Numbered from the stretch's first letter, positions 35,931-45,097 are shown. The stretch is 64,000 nt of DNA from an uncultured Candidatus Saccharibacteria bacterium (GCA_964586255.1 CAZPGE010000001.1:750-64749), one strand, 5' to 3'. Notes: generated by a model from the letters alone, not told the origin. Numbers and translations: made by a program.

Positions 35931-36692
35931 CTATTTATCGCTTGTGAGCTTGATAAATACTTCCTCGAGCCTGCCACCGCGATACCCATCTTTTGCGGCT
36001 TCCTTGTCATCGTGCATTGCGAGAATCTCATCCATCGTACCGCTCGCGACTATCTGACCTTTGTTGATGATGGCGACATGTTTGGCGAGCTGTTCGGCTT
36101 CCTCAAGATAGTGCGTGGTGAGAAGAATCGTCACACCGTCTTTTGTGAGTTTGCGGAGGTAGTCCCACATACCGCGACGAAGTTCCACATCCACGCCCGC
36201 GGTTGGCTCATCGAGGATGAGAAAGCGTGGCTCGTGAATGAGCGCACGCGCAATCATGAGGCGGCGCTTCATACCGCCGGAGAGCGTGAGAGCGCTCTGG
36301 TACATCTTCTCGCCAAGCCCCAAATCTTCGAGAAGTTGCTTCGCTCGGGGCATCGCTTGTGAACGGGGGATTCCGTAGTAGCCACCCTGGTTCACGACGA
36401 TATCAAACGGCTTCTCAAATGGATTAAAATTGACTTCCTGTCCAACGAGACCGATTTGGGCCTTGGCCAATTCAGTCTCTTTGTCTGTGTCGTACTCGAA
36501 CACCGAAACCGAGCCGCTCGTTTTATTGACGAGCCCGGTTACGACACCGATTATTGTAGTCTTCCCAGCGCCGTTGGGGCCGAGAAGCGCGAAGAAATCA
36601 CCCTCAGGTACTTCAAAGGACACTCCTTTCAGTGCTTGTGTGCCTGTTGCGTAGGTCTTGGTGACGTCTTTTACAGTGAGTGCGGTGGTCAT
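35931..36692 (-). CDS. ABC transporter ATP-binding protein
   Basis: Walker A GPNGAGKTT, signature LSGGMKRR, Walker B LILDEP. Confidence 0.85.
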   Translation of the reverse strand: MTTALTVKDVTKTYATGTQALKGVSFEVPEGDFFALLGPNGAGKTTIIGVVTGLVNKTSGSVSVFEYDTDKETELAKAQIGLVGQEVNFNPFEKPFDIVVNQGGYYGIPRSQAMPRAKQLLEDLGLGEKMYQSALTLSGGMKRRLMIARALIHEPRFLILDEPTAGVDVELRRGMWDYLRKLTKDGVTILLTTHYLEEAEQLAKHVAIINKGQIVASGTMDEILAMHDDKEAAKDGYRGGRLEEVFIKLTSDK

Positions 36693-36699
36693 GCGGGGC

Positions 36700-37422
36700 C
36701 TACTTTATCATCTCCCGAATAAAGGTGAAAGTGTCATCGGGGCCGACAACAGCGTGAGTTGGCAGCACTCCGAGCACGCTCTCATCGTTGCGACCTTTTT
36801 CTATCGCATCGCCGACATAGACTGAATCTTCTATCGTCCACCCTTCGTGTTCGATGAGTCGCTTTACATTGAAGCCTTTATTGCGACCAGCGAGATACAT
36901 GTCAAAGCATGTTGTCCCGCCAGCGGTAATCTCTATCCCAGCGCTCCGAAGTGTCGATACTTCTTCGGCATGCTCAGTAAGAAGCTTCATCCGCAGGATA
37001 GCGCCAGGATCGAATGCCCGCTTCTCTTCGAGGGGTGCATTGTGGCCAATGAGACTGTAGCTCACCTGCGATCCGCGGTATTCAACTAGGTCGTGAGGGT
37101 CGCGAACACGTAAATCAAGCGTAGTACGCACCTTTTCTATAAAAGCATTAATCGACCGTATTTGATTCGTAGAAAACGTTTCGCTCCACATAACGGTGCC
37201 GTCGGGTCTCATAGCATGATTGCCGTTTTGCGTGAGCATAAAGTAGATGCTTTGCGGCAGTTGTCGCCGTATCTGTGCTTCCTGTGCTCCCGAGACTACA
37301 ATCACATCCTTTTTGATGCATAGCTGCACAAAAAGCGGCACGTGTTCTGCTGACATTATTGTGCGCGACGGCGTGAGTGTGTCGTCGAGGTCGAAAAATA
37401 TATGTTTAAGCTCAGTCGTCAT
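36700..37422 (-). CDS. HAD-IIB family hydrolase (paralog of 14466..15188)
   Basis: FFDLDDTL and VYVGDAIEKGRND motifs with the same architecture as the other HAD-IIB gene. Confidence 0.65.
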   Translation of the reverse strand: MTTELKHIFFDLDDTLTPSRTIMSAEHVPLFVQLCIKKDVIVVSGAQEAQIRRQLPQSIYFMLTQNGNHAMRPDGTVMWSETFSTNQIRSINAFIEKVRTTLDLRVRDPHDLVEYRGSQVSYSLIGHNAPLEEKRAFDPGAILRMKLLTEHAEEVSTLRSAGIEITAGGTTCFDMYLAGRNKGFNVKRLIEHEGWTIEDSVYVGDAIEKGRNDESVLGVLPTHAVVGPDDTFTFIREMIK

Positions 37423-37942
37423 GCAGTGTAAGGCCATCAATATAGTCGGCTTTGCCAATGTCGAGACCGTTGTTGCGCAGTATGGCGTAGGCAGTTACGA
37501 CGTGAAAATAGAAATTGGGCATGAGGTACTCGCGCGCGTAATCGCTGGCCGCGAAGTGCTTGCCAGGGAAATAGTGCACAGTGACTTTGCGTTCATCGTG
37601 ACCGGCGACATCGCCCTCTCGTATCGTGTCGAGAAACGCAATCGTCTTTGCGAGCCTCTCTTTCAATTCGGCAAACGTCGTCTCAGTGTCTTCGAAGGAC
37701 GGCGCTTCAATACCGGCAAGTCGGGCGGCGCCACCTTTTGCATTATCGGAGACTCTCTGTACCTGCATAATAAGCGAGAACTGATCGAACGTGAGACGGG
37801 CATTCAACATCGCCGATTCGTAGTTGTGGCGTGGTGTGTTTTTCGACGCGACGAACGCAGCCGCTTTGTCGAGTATCTTATCGAGAGCGACGATTGCCTT
37901 TCTCATCGGCGGTATAGTCATTGTGTAGAGATTTGAATCCAT
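37412..37942 (-). CDS. DUF1993-family protein
   Basis: N-terminus LYTMTIPPMRKAIVALDKILDKA matches the conserved start of the DUF1993 family; about 176 aa. Confidence 0.55.
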   Translation of the reverse strand: MDSNLYTMTIPPMRKAIVALDKILDKAAAFVASKNTPRHNYESAMLNARLTFDQFSLIMQVQRVSDNAKGGAARLAGIEAPSFEDTETTFAELKERLAKTIAFLDTIREGDVAGHDERKVTVHYFPGKHFAASDYAREYLMPNFYFHVVTAYAILRNNGLDIGKADYIDGLTLHDD

Positions 37943-38001
37943 AGTTGATGTGATTATGTAGAGTCGAAGTCTAGTCAGTATTTTCAGGACGGCACTGTGG
38001 A

Positions 38002-38571
38002 TTACTGTGCTTCCCAATACGCAGCGGATGCAGCGACGTAGGAAGCGACCCTACGCTCCGTCGCTGCGGCGAGTGTGGTCACCAAGCGCTCTCGCTCTGC
38101 GTCCGGACTACCAGCATTGAGCCAGGCTTCTACGAGGTCGATTTGTGATGAGTCGGAAAGCGAGAGTCGGCGACCTTTCGCTGCAGCGCGCAAGAGAGTC
38201 GGGCCACCAATATCAGTTTTCTCAAGTACATCACTGGGTGCCGATGCTGGATCGGCGATGGTGGCCTCGAGGGGGTAGAGCGTGACGTACACGAGGTCTA
38301 TCCAGCGCATGTGCGATGTTTCTAGCTCGGCCCTGTCAGCTTCTGTCGCAAGAAGGCCCGCGTATATCTCGCGAGCGAGCGTGACTACGCGGTGGCCGAG
38401 GATAGGAGGTCCCACGATATCGGCTACGTCGCTGCATACGAGACCGTTCTCGTTTAAGTACTTGGCGGTGCCAGCTGAGCCCATGAGAGACCATCCGGCG
38501 GCGCTAAGCGCCGTGGCAAGACGCAGCAACGGCTCGTCTTTCGTATAGGAGGCGAGAAGCGCGGTTTTCAT
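38002..38571 (-). CDS. stand-alone IMP cyclohydrolase-like domain (PurH N-terminal MGS-like domain)
   Basis: Residues align with the PurH N-domain: ALLSVSDK/ALLASYTKD, LLSTGGTA/LMGSAGTAK, DGRVKTLHP/GHRVVTLAR, NIDIGGPTMVRSAAKN/KTDIGGPTLLRAAAKG. No AICAR-transformylase domain follows. Confidence 0.6.
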   Translation of the reverse strand: MKTALLASYTKDEPLLRLATALSAAGWSLMGSAGTAKYLNENGLVCSDVADIVGPPILGHRVVTLAREIYAGLLATEADRAELETSHMRWIDLVYVTLYPLEATIADPASAPSDVLEKTDIGGPTLLRAAAKGRRLSLSDSSQIDLVEAWLNAGSPDAERERLVTTLAAATERRVASYVAASAAYWEAQ

Positions 38572-38589
38572 GAGGGAATCCTATCACGA

Positions 38590-39621
38590 CTACTGCTTTG
38601 AGAAGTCCACCGCTATTTCATGGAGCCCGTCGCGTAAATCAGCCTCGTTGCCCACCTGTGTTTGATTGTGCACGCCAGGGAAAAGAATCGCGACGGTCGT
38701 GCCGCGCCCCACCGCACTCCGGATGGTGATTTTTCCTTGGTGCAACTTGATGAGTTCGGAGACGATAGCGAGGCCAAGACCGGTGCCGCCCTGCTGGACC
38801 TTGGTCCTAGACGGGTCGGCACGGTAGAAGGGTTCAAATATGCGGAAGAGATCTTTGCGGGCGATTCCAATACCTGAGTCTTGTACCAGCAACTCGACTT
38901 GGTGGTCGGGCGCAGGCTCTACCGTGATGCGAATATGACCACCTCGCGGCGTGTAGCTGAGTGCATTCTTGAGCAGATTACCGACGATTTGTTGAAGCGC
39001 GGTCGCGTTGCCCCATATGTGAGTATCGGGACCTTTTCGTAGCGTGACCTGGTGCTCTCCTCGCTTTGCGAGTGCGGAGAATTTCTGGATGACGTCGGTC
39101 GTAACAGCGGAGAGGTCGACCGCCGAAAACTCTATGCGCTCCGGCCTCACCAGTGCCGATAGGCTCAGGAGGTTGTTGATGATTTCCGATATGCGATCGA
39201 GCTCTTCGATGTTCGAGATGAGAGTTTCCTTCATGTCGGGCTTTACGTTGGTATCGAGAAGCGCGACCTCGGTGTTGGTCTTGATGACGCTCAGTGGTGT
39301 ACGGAGCTCATGCGCGATGTTGCCGATGAATTGTTTTTGAGATTCGAGCGCGTTGCGAGCGGGAGCAAGCGTGATGCGCGCAATAATGTAGCCGAAAAGT
39401 ATGGTCGTCAAAATGATGACCGCAATGATGGTGAGTAGGTTTTGCGTTTTGACGCGATGAAGCTCCTGCGCTATCGAAGCGCCGAGGGACGCAGGTGAGC
39501 TGCCGCCAAGCCCCTCGCTTATGCCCTCAGCGACCGCAGCGGATAGGTCGTGGTAGAGAAGTGTGAACGATGCGCCGACGAGCCCAAGGATAACTACTGC
39601 GAAGGCCGTGTGGAGGAGCAT
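38590..39621 (-). CDS. sensor histidine kinase (HisKA + HATPase_c)
   Basis: H-box HELRTPL, N/G1/G2 boxes (GLGLAIV), two N-terminal TM helices. Start at the ATG preceded by GGAG, overlapping the upstream regulator by ~40 nt. Confidence 0.8.
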   Translation of the reverse strand: MLLHTAFAVVILGLVGASFTLLYHDLSAAVAEGISEGLGGSSPASLGASIAQELHRVKTQNLLTIIAVIILTTILFGYIIARITLAPARNALESQKQFIGNIAHELRTPLSVIKTNTEVALLDTNVKPDMKETLISNIEELDRISEIINNLLSLSALVRPERIEFSAVDLSAVTTDVIQKFSALAKRGEHQVTLRKGPDTHIWGNATALQQIVGNLLKNALSYTPRGGHIRITVEPAPDHQVELLVQDSGIGIARKDLFRIFEPFYRADPSRTKVQQGGTGLGLAIVSELIKLHQGKITIRSAVGRGTTVAILFPGVHNQTQVGNEADLRDGLHEIAVDFSKQ

Positions 39622-39661
39622 GATGTGCACCTCCGTGCGGTAGAAAGAATCGTGACGGTAT

Positions 39662-40336
39662 TTATTCAGTAAGCCGGTAACCAATTCCCCGGACCGTCTC
39701 AAGGATATCTCTACTGTGTCCCTCACCCAATTTGCGTCGAAGGTTTTTGACATGAACGTCTACTACGTTGCTAAAGCCTGCATAATTGAAGTCCCATAGA
39801 TGATTGAGAAGGTCCTCTCTGTTCACGACCTGGTTGGGGTGTCTCATAAAGTATTCTAGCAAGCCGAACTCTTTGAGTGTGAGCGGTATCTCTTTGCCAT
39901 CGCGCAAGACTCTCCTCTGTGCGGGATTGAGCTCGAGATCTGCGAACGTAAGATTCTCGGGAAGCGATTCATTGGGACGGCGCAAAAGTGCTCGGATGCG
40001 GGCGACGAGTTCAGCAAACGAAAACGGCTTTACGAGATAATCGTCCGCGCCAGATAGCAAAAGCTGCACCTTCGTGTCGGTCTCGTTGCGCGCGGTAAGT
40101 ACGAGAATAGGTATCGTGATGTTCATTTCTCGGGCCTGTTTGCATATCTCATGTCCATCCATAGAGGGGAGCATGAGGTCGAGAATAATGAGGTCGTAGT
40201 CGGAGCGGTGAAGTGATATGCGGGTGAGCGCCTTCTTGCCATCGGCGATGGTGTCCACCGTATAGCCCTCAAGACTGAGTCCCTTGGTGAGCGCCTGGGC
40301 GAGTTTCTGTTCGTCTTCGACGAGTAGTATTTTCAT
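39662..40336 (-). CDS. OmpR-family response regulator
   Basis: Receiver domain (DLIILDLMLP) plus a winged-helix trans_reg_C domain. Confidence 0.85.
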   Translation of the reverse strand: MKILLVEDEQKLAQALTKGLSLEGYTVDTIADGKKALTRISLHRSDYDLIILDLMLPSMDGHEICKQAREMNITIPILVLTARNETDTKVQLLLSGADDYLVKPFSFAELVARIRALLRRPNESLPENLTFADLELNPAQRRVLRDGKEIPLTLKEFGLLEYFMRHPNQVVNREDLLNHLWDFNYAGFSNVVDVHVKNLRRKLGEGHSRDILETVRGIGYRLTE

Positions 40337-40514
40337 AGGTTGATTTCTCTAGTTGCTAAGCCCTTGGCACACAGTACCTGAGGCATTATGAATTCTTCAT
40401 GATGTGCTTTATGAAGACGGGCGCAAGGGGCTTTTGTTACCAGGTGAAACGTGTTGTATTGCGAGACGGTGAAAAGCCGCATTCGCTGCATGACGTCGTG
40501 GTATTCTGAGCGTC

Positions 40515-40970
40515 ATGAAAGATGGGAAGAAGGTGGGGTTTACGGCTGGTGCATTTGATCTCTGTCACGCAGGCCACATGCTTGTCTTTAAAGAGGCGAA
40601 AGAAGTGTGCGACTACCTTATCGTGGCGCTTCAGGAAGACCCCTCGCACACTCCGTCGGATTATCGCGGTAAGAAAAAGAACAAACCCATCATGTCGCTC
40701 GAGGAGCGCCGCATTATTCTTGAGAGCGTGAAGTACGTCGATGAAATAGTAGTGTACAACTCGGAGCGAGAGCTCTACGACCTGTTGGTAAAACTCAAGC
40801 CGGACATCCGCATCATCGGTGCGGACTGGAAAGGGAAGGAGTACACGGGACATGATTTGCCGATTGAGATGTATTTCAATTCACGCGGTCACAGCTTCTC
40901 GACAACCGCATTGCGCGAGCGCATCTATGAAGCAGAAAAGCTGAAGCGCGAAGAGGCTAGCGGCCAATAG
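40515..40970 (+). CDS. cytidylyltransferase-family nucleotidyltransferase (TagD/RfaE-domain-II-like)
   Basis: GAFDLCHAGH (HxGH) motif near the N-terminus; 151 aa. Confidence 0.6.
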   Translation: MKDGKKVGFTAGAFDLCHAGHMLVFKEAKEVCDYLIVALQEDPSHTPSDYRGKKKNKPIMSLEERRIILESVKYVDEIVVYNSERELYDLLVKLKPDIRIIGADWKGKEYTGHDLPIEMYFNSRGHSFSTTALRERIYEAEKLKREEASGQ

Positions 40971-41288
40971 ACGGTTGCGTCATATGCCGGGGAGGCTGCG
41001 TGCTCAGCACTGCAGCCTCCCCGGCTTACATGATTACTGTCTCTCGTTCATTTTCTGAACGCTCGGTTTCGTGTGACATAGCACATGACGATATATCGAG
41101 TAATCCGCATGCATTACTGATAAAGGGGCATTATGCCCCGACCCGAAAGTCGGGGCGGCCCCGCAATGAGCATTCGCTATTCATCACTGTATAGAACTCA
41201 GGTGAATCGATGATGAATGGATGACGCGATATTGACAGAGCGGCCTCTGAGATGTAGAATGAAGTTCGATATTTTGGAGAGGTGCGAG

Positions 41289-41816
41289 ATGACCAAGAGT
41301 CAGAGAAGGCGAGCCAATCGTTTGAATCGAATTCTGAAAGACAAGGTGCTGCACTGGTACACGAGGCGAGCAGCGTTGAGCATCGAGGCGCGTACTATGC
41401 GCGCGAAAGCGAACTCCTGGCGGGGCTTCAATGTCGGTTCGTCAGGCGTTGGCGTGCTTCCGACCGGTGAGATAAGGCACTACGCGGGCTATAACGTAAA
41501 GGCGGCGGAAGGGCCTCGACTGCATAGCGACCATTGCGCTGAGCCGTTCTTGATTGAACAGGCAGAGGCAGATGGATGCGTTGAGATCTTCGGAATCACT
41601 ACGGAAGCGCCGTATCAGCCTGATGATTTCAGCGGCCTCGACCTCGGCGTGACCACGATGTGCGTCTACTGCCGTCGATTTTTGCGGAAGAAGCTGCTTG
41701 ACCCGAAAAGCGCGGTGAAGAAAGACACCTTGCTGTTCTTCGTAAATGGCGATGACCCCACACGGCATGTCCAGTTCTCCGTGGAACAGTTGCTCCGCCT
41801 GTACGACGACGCATAG
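41289..41816 (+). CDS. cytidine deaminase-like protein (CDA fold)
   Basis: Aligns with tetrameric CDA: GYNVKAAEG (GCNVENAAY), HCAEP zinc-ligand/catalytic motif, and a downstream CVYC pair (PCxxC position, without the Pro). GGAGAGG RBS 6 nt before the ATG at 41289. Confidence 0.5.
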   Translation: MTKSQRRRANRLNRILKDKVLHWYTRRAALSIEARTMRAKANSWRGFNVGSSGVGVLPTGEIRHYAGYNVKAAEGPRLHSDHCAEPFLIEQAEADGCVEIFGITTEAPYQPDDFSGLDLGVTTMCVYCRRFLRKKLLDPKSAVKKDTLLFFVNGDDPTRHVQFSVEQLLRLYDDA

Positions 41817-41865
41817 GCGCATTCAGGCACTGCAGCGAACAATGACCGAAGAGAATCCCCAAGAA

Positions 41866-41902
41866 GACGCGACACATCACTGTGTCGCGTCGTTTTCTTT
41901 TT
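41866..41902 (+). terminator. rho-independent terminator after the deaminase-like gene
   Basis: Hairpin GACGCGACACA-TCAC-TGTGTCGCGTC followed by GTTTTCTTTTT. Confidence 0.7.
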
Positions 41903-42027
41903 ACGCTGATGTTGTCGAGCTTCATGAAATCGCTTCATGGGCTCTTAATGAGTGAAAGTGTCTTATATACGTACACGCGGGCACTCTCGTGTGAATTAGT
42001 AAGTCTTTATCCATTAGAAATCTCATT

Positions 42028-43128
42028 ATGAACATCTACAAATTGGTGATTCCCGCCATTGCAACGGGTATCTTCATGACAGCGGGCTTTGCATCCGCAC
42101 AGACCGTCGTCCAATACGGAAACGTACACGTGTTTGTGACACCGGTCACGACTGCTCTTCCGCCTGGCACGGGGGTCACGGTTGCCACCGTCCAGTTTAC
42201 CGGCCTCGTCTCCGGCGCATGGGTGACCTCACTTCCGATAGCGATTGGTGCAACGGGAAATGGCAACGTCTCGAATCTGACGAATTGCCGTCTTGTAAAC
42301 ACCTCCACCGGCGTTGCCCTCACCGGTAGCATCAACCCTGTCTCAGGTTCGAACACATTTGTGTTCAACTCGCCCTTGAGTGTGCCTATAGGATCCGGCA
42401 GTGTAGCGCTCTACATGCGTTGTGACGTTGCTTCCAACACTCCGTCAGGAACAACCTTCCTTGCATCTGCGGGTACAGTACCGTTTGCGCCCGGCATGCA
42501 GGTCAACTTCAACTCTGCACCGAGTGTGCCAGCCGGTTCGACTGATGTGGCTATTGCCAACATCATGCTCGATGCTTCGCACTCGACCGTGCCAGTGTCG
42601 GTGACGGCGATTCCGGTATCCATCGGCTTCGGAAGCGGTGCACAGGCAGGTAACCTCAGCAATTGCCGTATTCGTCAGGCAATTGTGAATGGCCTCTATC
42701 TCTCAAGCACGATTAACCCAAGTGGAGGCTCGCAAACATTCTCGCTCTCGTCGCCACTTATCTTGAGCAGCGGTTCGTCAGCAACGCTTTCGCTCGCGTG
42801 CGACGTGTCCGCAAGCACGCCGGTCGGCGGCACGTTCTCACTGGCCATTACGCCGAGTGCGTTCTCCGCGACGAACGCGTCTACGGGAGCCTCGATTACG
42901 CCCACAGCCTCGATTGGCTTTGGTCCCAACGGTCTTCCTGCGTCGACGAACGGCACGGTTATAGTGACTTCTGTCGACTCAGCAGGTGAGGATACGACGA
43001 GTGAGCCAAGTGCTCCCGGCGTGCCAAACACAGGTCTTGGAGGAGGTGCCCTCATGACACTCGGTATGCTTCTGCTCTCAGCACTCCTCGCGCTCAGTGG
43101 TGCGATGTTGCTCCGACGCACACAGTAG
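42028..43128 (+). CDS. cell-surface repeat protein with C-terminal VPNTG sorting-signal-like motif
   Basis: Signal peptide, then three ~95-aa internal repeats (NLTNCR..CDVASNTP / NLSNCR..CDVSASTP). The C-terminus has VPNTG + a hydrophobic stretch + RRTQ. Confidence 0.6.
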   Translation: MNIYKLVIPAIATGIFMTAGFASAQTVVQYGNVHVFVTPVTTALPPGTGVTVATVQFTGLVSGAWVTSLPIAIGATGNGNVSNLTNCRLVNTSTGVALTGSINPVSGSNTFVFNSPLSVPIGSGSVALYMRCDVASNTPSGTTFLASAGTVPFAPGMQVNFNSAPSVPAGSTDVAIANIMLDASHSTVPVSVTAIPVSIGFGSGAQAGNLSNCRIRQAIVNGLYLSSTINPSGGSQTFSLSSPLILSSGSSATLSLACDVSASTPVGGTFSLAITPSAFSATNASTGASITPTASIGFGPNGLPASTNGTVIVTSVDSAGEDTTSEPSAPGVPNTGLGGGALMTLGMLLLSALLALSGAMLLRRTQ

Positions 43129-43142
43129 ACTCATTCTGTGAC

Positions 43143-43171
43143 AAAAAACGGACCCGAAAGGTCCGTTTTTT
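43143..43171. terminator. bidirectional rho-independent terminator
   Basis: AAAAA-ACGGACC-CGAAA-GGTCCGT-TTTTT, sited between the convergent surface-protein and receiver genes. Confidence 0.75.
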
Positions 43172-43180
43172 GTGCGAGCG

Positions 43181-43579
43181 TTATATGAGAGAAACGATTG
43201 CCTCGGTAAGCTCCTTGAGACCTATGGGCTTGGTGAGATGCGCAGTGTAGCCAGCGTCCTGGGCCGCCTGGATGTCCTCGGGCATGCTGTGTCCGGTGAG
43301 CGCGATAATCGGTACGGTGACGCCGCGTTCGCGAAGCCCCTTTACTGCTTGGAGTCCGTCAATGCCCGGCATGCTTACATCGATGAGAAGCAGGCGGTAC
43401 GAGGTGAGGTCGTGAGCGAGCACTTCTTCGCCTGAGTACAGCGCATCGGCAGGTGCGCCGACCTTGCTCAAGAGCATAGCCAACGAATCTGCCGCCTGGA
43501 TATTGTCGTCGACCACGAGTACATGCAGACCCTTGATGCGCGCGGCGGGGGAGTCGGGATGTTCTGAAGGCGTATGCAT
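43181..43579 (-). CDS. single-domain response regulator (CheY-like receiver)
   Basis: VLVVDD...LIDVSMPGIDG...LTGH receiver motifs with no output domain. Confidence 0.7.
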   Translation of the reverse strand: MHTPSEHPDSPAARIKGLHVLVVDDNIQAADSLAMLLSKVGAPADALYSGEEVLAHDLTSYRLLLIDVSMPGIDGLQAVKGLRERGVTVPIIALTGHSMPEDIQAAQDAGYTAHLTKPIGLKELTEAIVSLI

Positions 43580-43801
43580 TGCAATATTCCTATGGTATCT
43601 ACTCAACCGTACCATGATACGAGTCTCCCACGCGATTGCTCTCTCAAATTCCGCTATGCCTATTGTGATAGAGCTATTCTTGTGGTCTAGTCCGCGCCCA
43701 CAGGCTGGTGGGTGGCCTTGCGGACAATAAATAGCATCTGGTATATACTTTGCCTGTCGAAGCAGACATTATAAAAGTGTAGATATATACATACATTACT
43801 T

Positions 43802-44059
43802 ATGGTAAGAAAAGCGAATCCCGCACTCTTGAAGCCTATGCAGCTTTCTGCGGACCTCGAAGAGGTTATTGGCAAGGGTCCTATGTCCCGCGGTGAGGTA
43901 GTGAAGAAGCTCTGGGAATACATCAAGAAGCACGACCTCCAGAATCCTGCCAACAAGCGCAACATTCTTGCGGACGACAAACTTAAGGCTGTCTTCGGCG
44001 GCAAGGGTGAAGTCACGATGTTCGAAATGACCAAGCTCGTCTCTGCGCACCTCAAGTAG
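43802..44059 (+). CDS. SWIB/MDM2-domain protein
   Basis: 85 aa; RGEVVKKLWEYIKKHDLQNPANKRNILADDKLKAVFGGKGEVTMFEMTKLV is a near-consensus SWIB domain. Confidence 0.75.
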   Translation: MVRKANPALLKPMQLSADLEEVIGKGPMSRGEVVKKLWEYIKKHDLQNPANKRNILADDKLKAVFGGKGEVTMFEMTKLVSAHLK

Positions 44060-44140
44060 TCACTCAGTATCGAGTACAAAGAGCCGCCTCAGAGTATGAG
44101 GCGGCTCTTTTGTAGGACCGTGTTTGGTAGGATGCGGGCT

Positions 44141-44950
44141 ATGCGACGCGCAGTAATACGCAAAGAGGTAGGGGAGACACCGCTCATGGCACTTGAGCGT
44201 TTTCGCGCTGGGCAGCCAGAGTTGGCACAGACCTCCCTTACGTATGCAGGCCGACTCGACCCGATGGCTTCCGGGGAGCTTTTGATATTGATAGGGGATG
44301 AGTGCAAGAAAAGAGCGGCGTACGATGCGCTCGACAAGGAATATGTGTTCGATATCCTCTTCGGCTTCGAGAGCGACACAGGCGACATCCTCGGACTTGC
44401 GCAGGGCGGCGCGAGCCCTGTAGACGTATCTTCAGCAGACATAGAGCGGGTATTGCCGTCACTCGTGGGCACGCTCGCACTTCCGTACCCGGCGTATTCT
44501 TCTAAGACGGTAGATGGCACACCGCTCTTTGTTCACGCGCGACAGGGGACTCTGCGGGATGTCGTACGACCCGAAGTCACTACACGCATATATGCGCTCG
44601 CGCTCGAAAGTCTTTCAAAAAGAAACGTGCATGAAATCCGGCGCGATATAGAGCGTCGGCTGGGATTACTCTGTGTGGATGAAACCAGTGAGAATCCGTA
44701 TAAAGATTTTCGCCGAGACTCTGTGCAGAGTGCCTGGCGCTCGCTACTCAGTGGGGATGAAGAATATGTTGTTGCCCGTATTCGCGCCACGGTGAGCAGT
44801 GGTACGTACATGCGCTCGCTTGCGCCTCTGATCGCAAAGCGGCTTGGTGCGACCGGTCTCGCGTATTCGATAGAGCGCACGCGCATCGGTCGGTACATAC
44901 CGCTGCCATTCGGTTGGGGATTTTGGATGCGTACCTACGCGCACATTTGA
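44141..44950 (+). CDS. tRNA pseudouridine synthase, TruB-like
   Basis: The catalytic Asp motif AGRLDPMASGELLIL resembles the TruB GTLDPLATGVL motif. The rest is divergent. Confidence 0.5.
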   Translation: MRRAVIRKEVGETPLMALERFRAGQPELAQTSLTYAGRLDPMASGELLILIGDECKKRAAYDALDKEYVFDILFGFESDTGDILGLAQGGASPVDVSSADIERVLPSLVGTLALPYPAYSSKTVDGTPLFVHARQGTLRDVVRPEVTTRIYALALESLSKRNVHEIRRDIERRLGLLCVDETSENPYKDFRRDSVQSAWRSLLSGDEEYVVARIRATVSSGTYMRSLAPLIAKRLGATGLAYSIERTRIGRYIPLPFGWGFWMRTYAHI

Positions 44951-45097
44951 TATACTGTCCCCTATGGATGCGCTCGTCGCTTTCGCAAACGGTCTGCTGC
45001 ATTTCGTCTTGCAGGCGGTCTCGCTCGTCGTCAACTTCTTTATTTACATCCTCTCATTTATTATTTCGCTCCTGCAGCAGCTCCTGAACTCGTTCGT

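Noticed and set aside
40986-41025. 14-bp-stem hairpin after the cytidylyltransferase gene
   Set aside because: It is not followed by a T-run, so it is not called a terminator. It is noted only as part of the structured leader finding.
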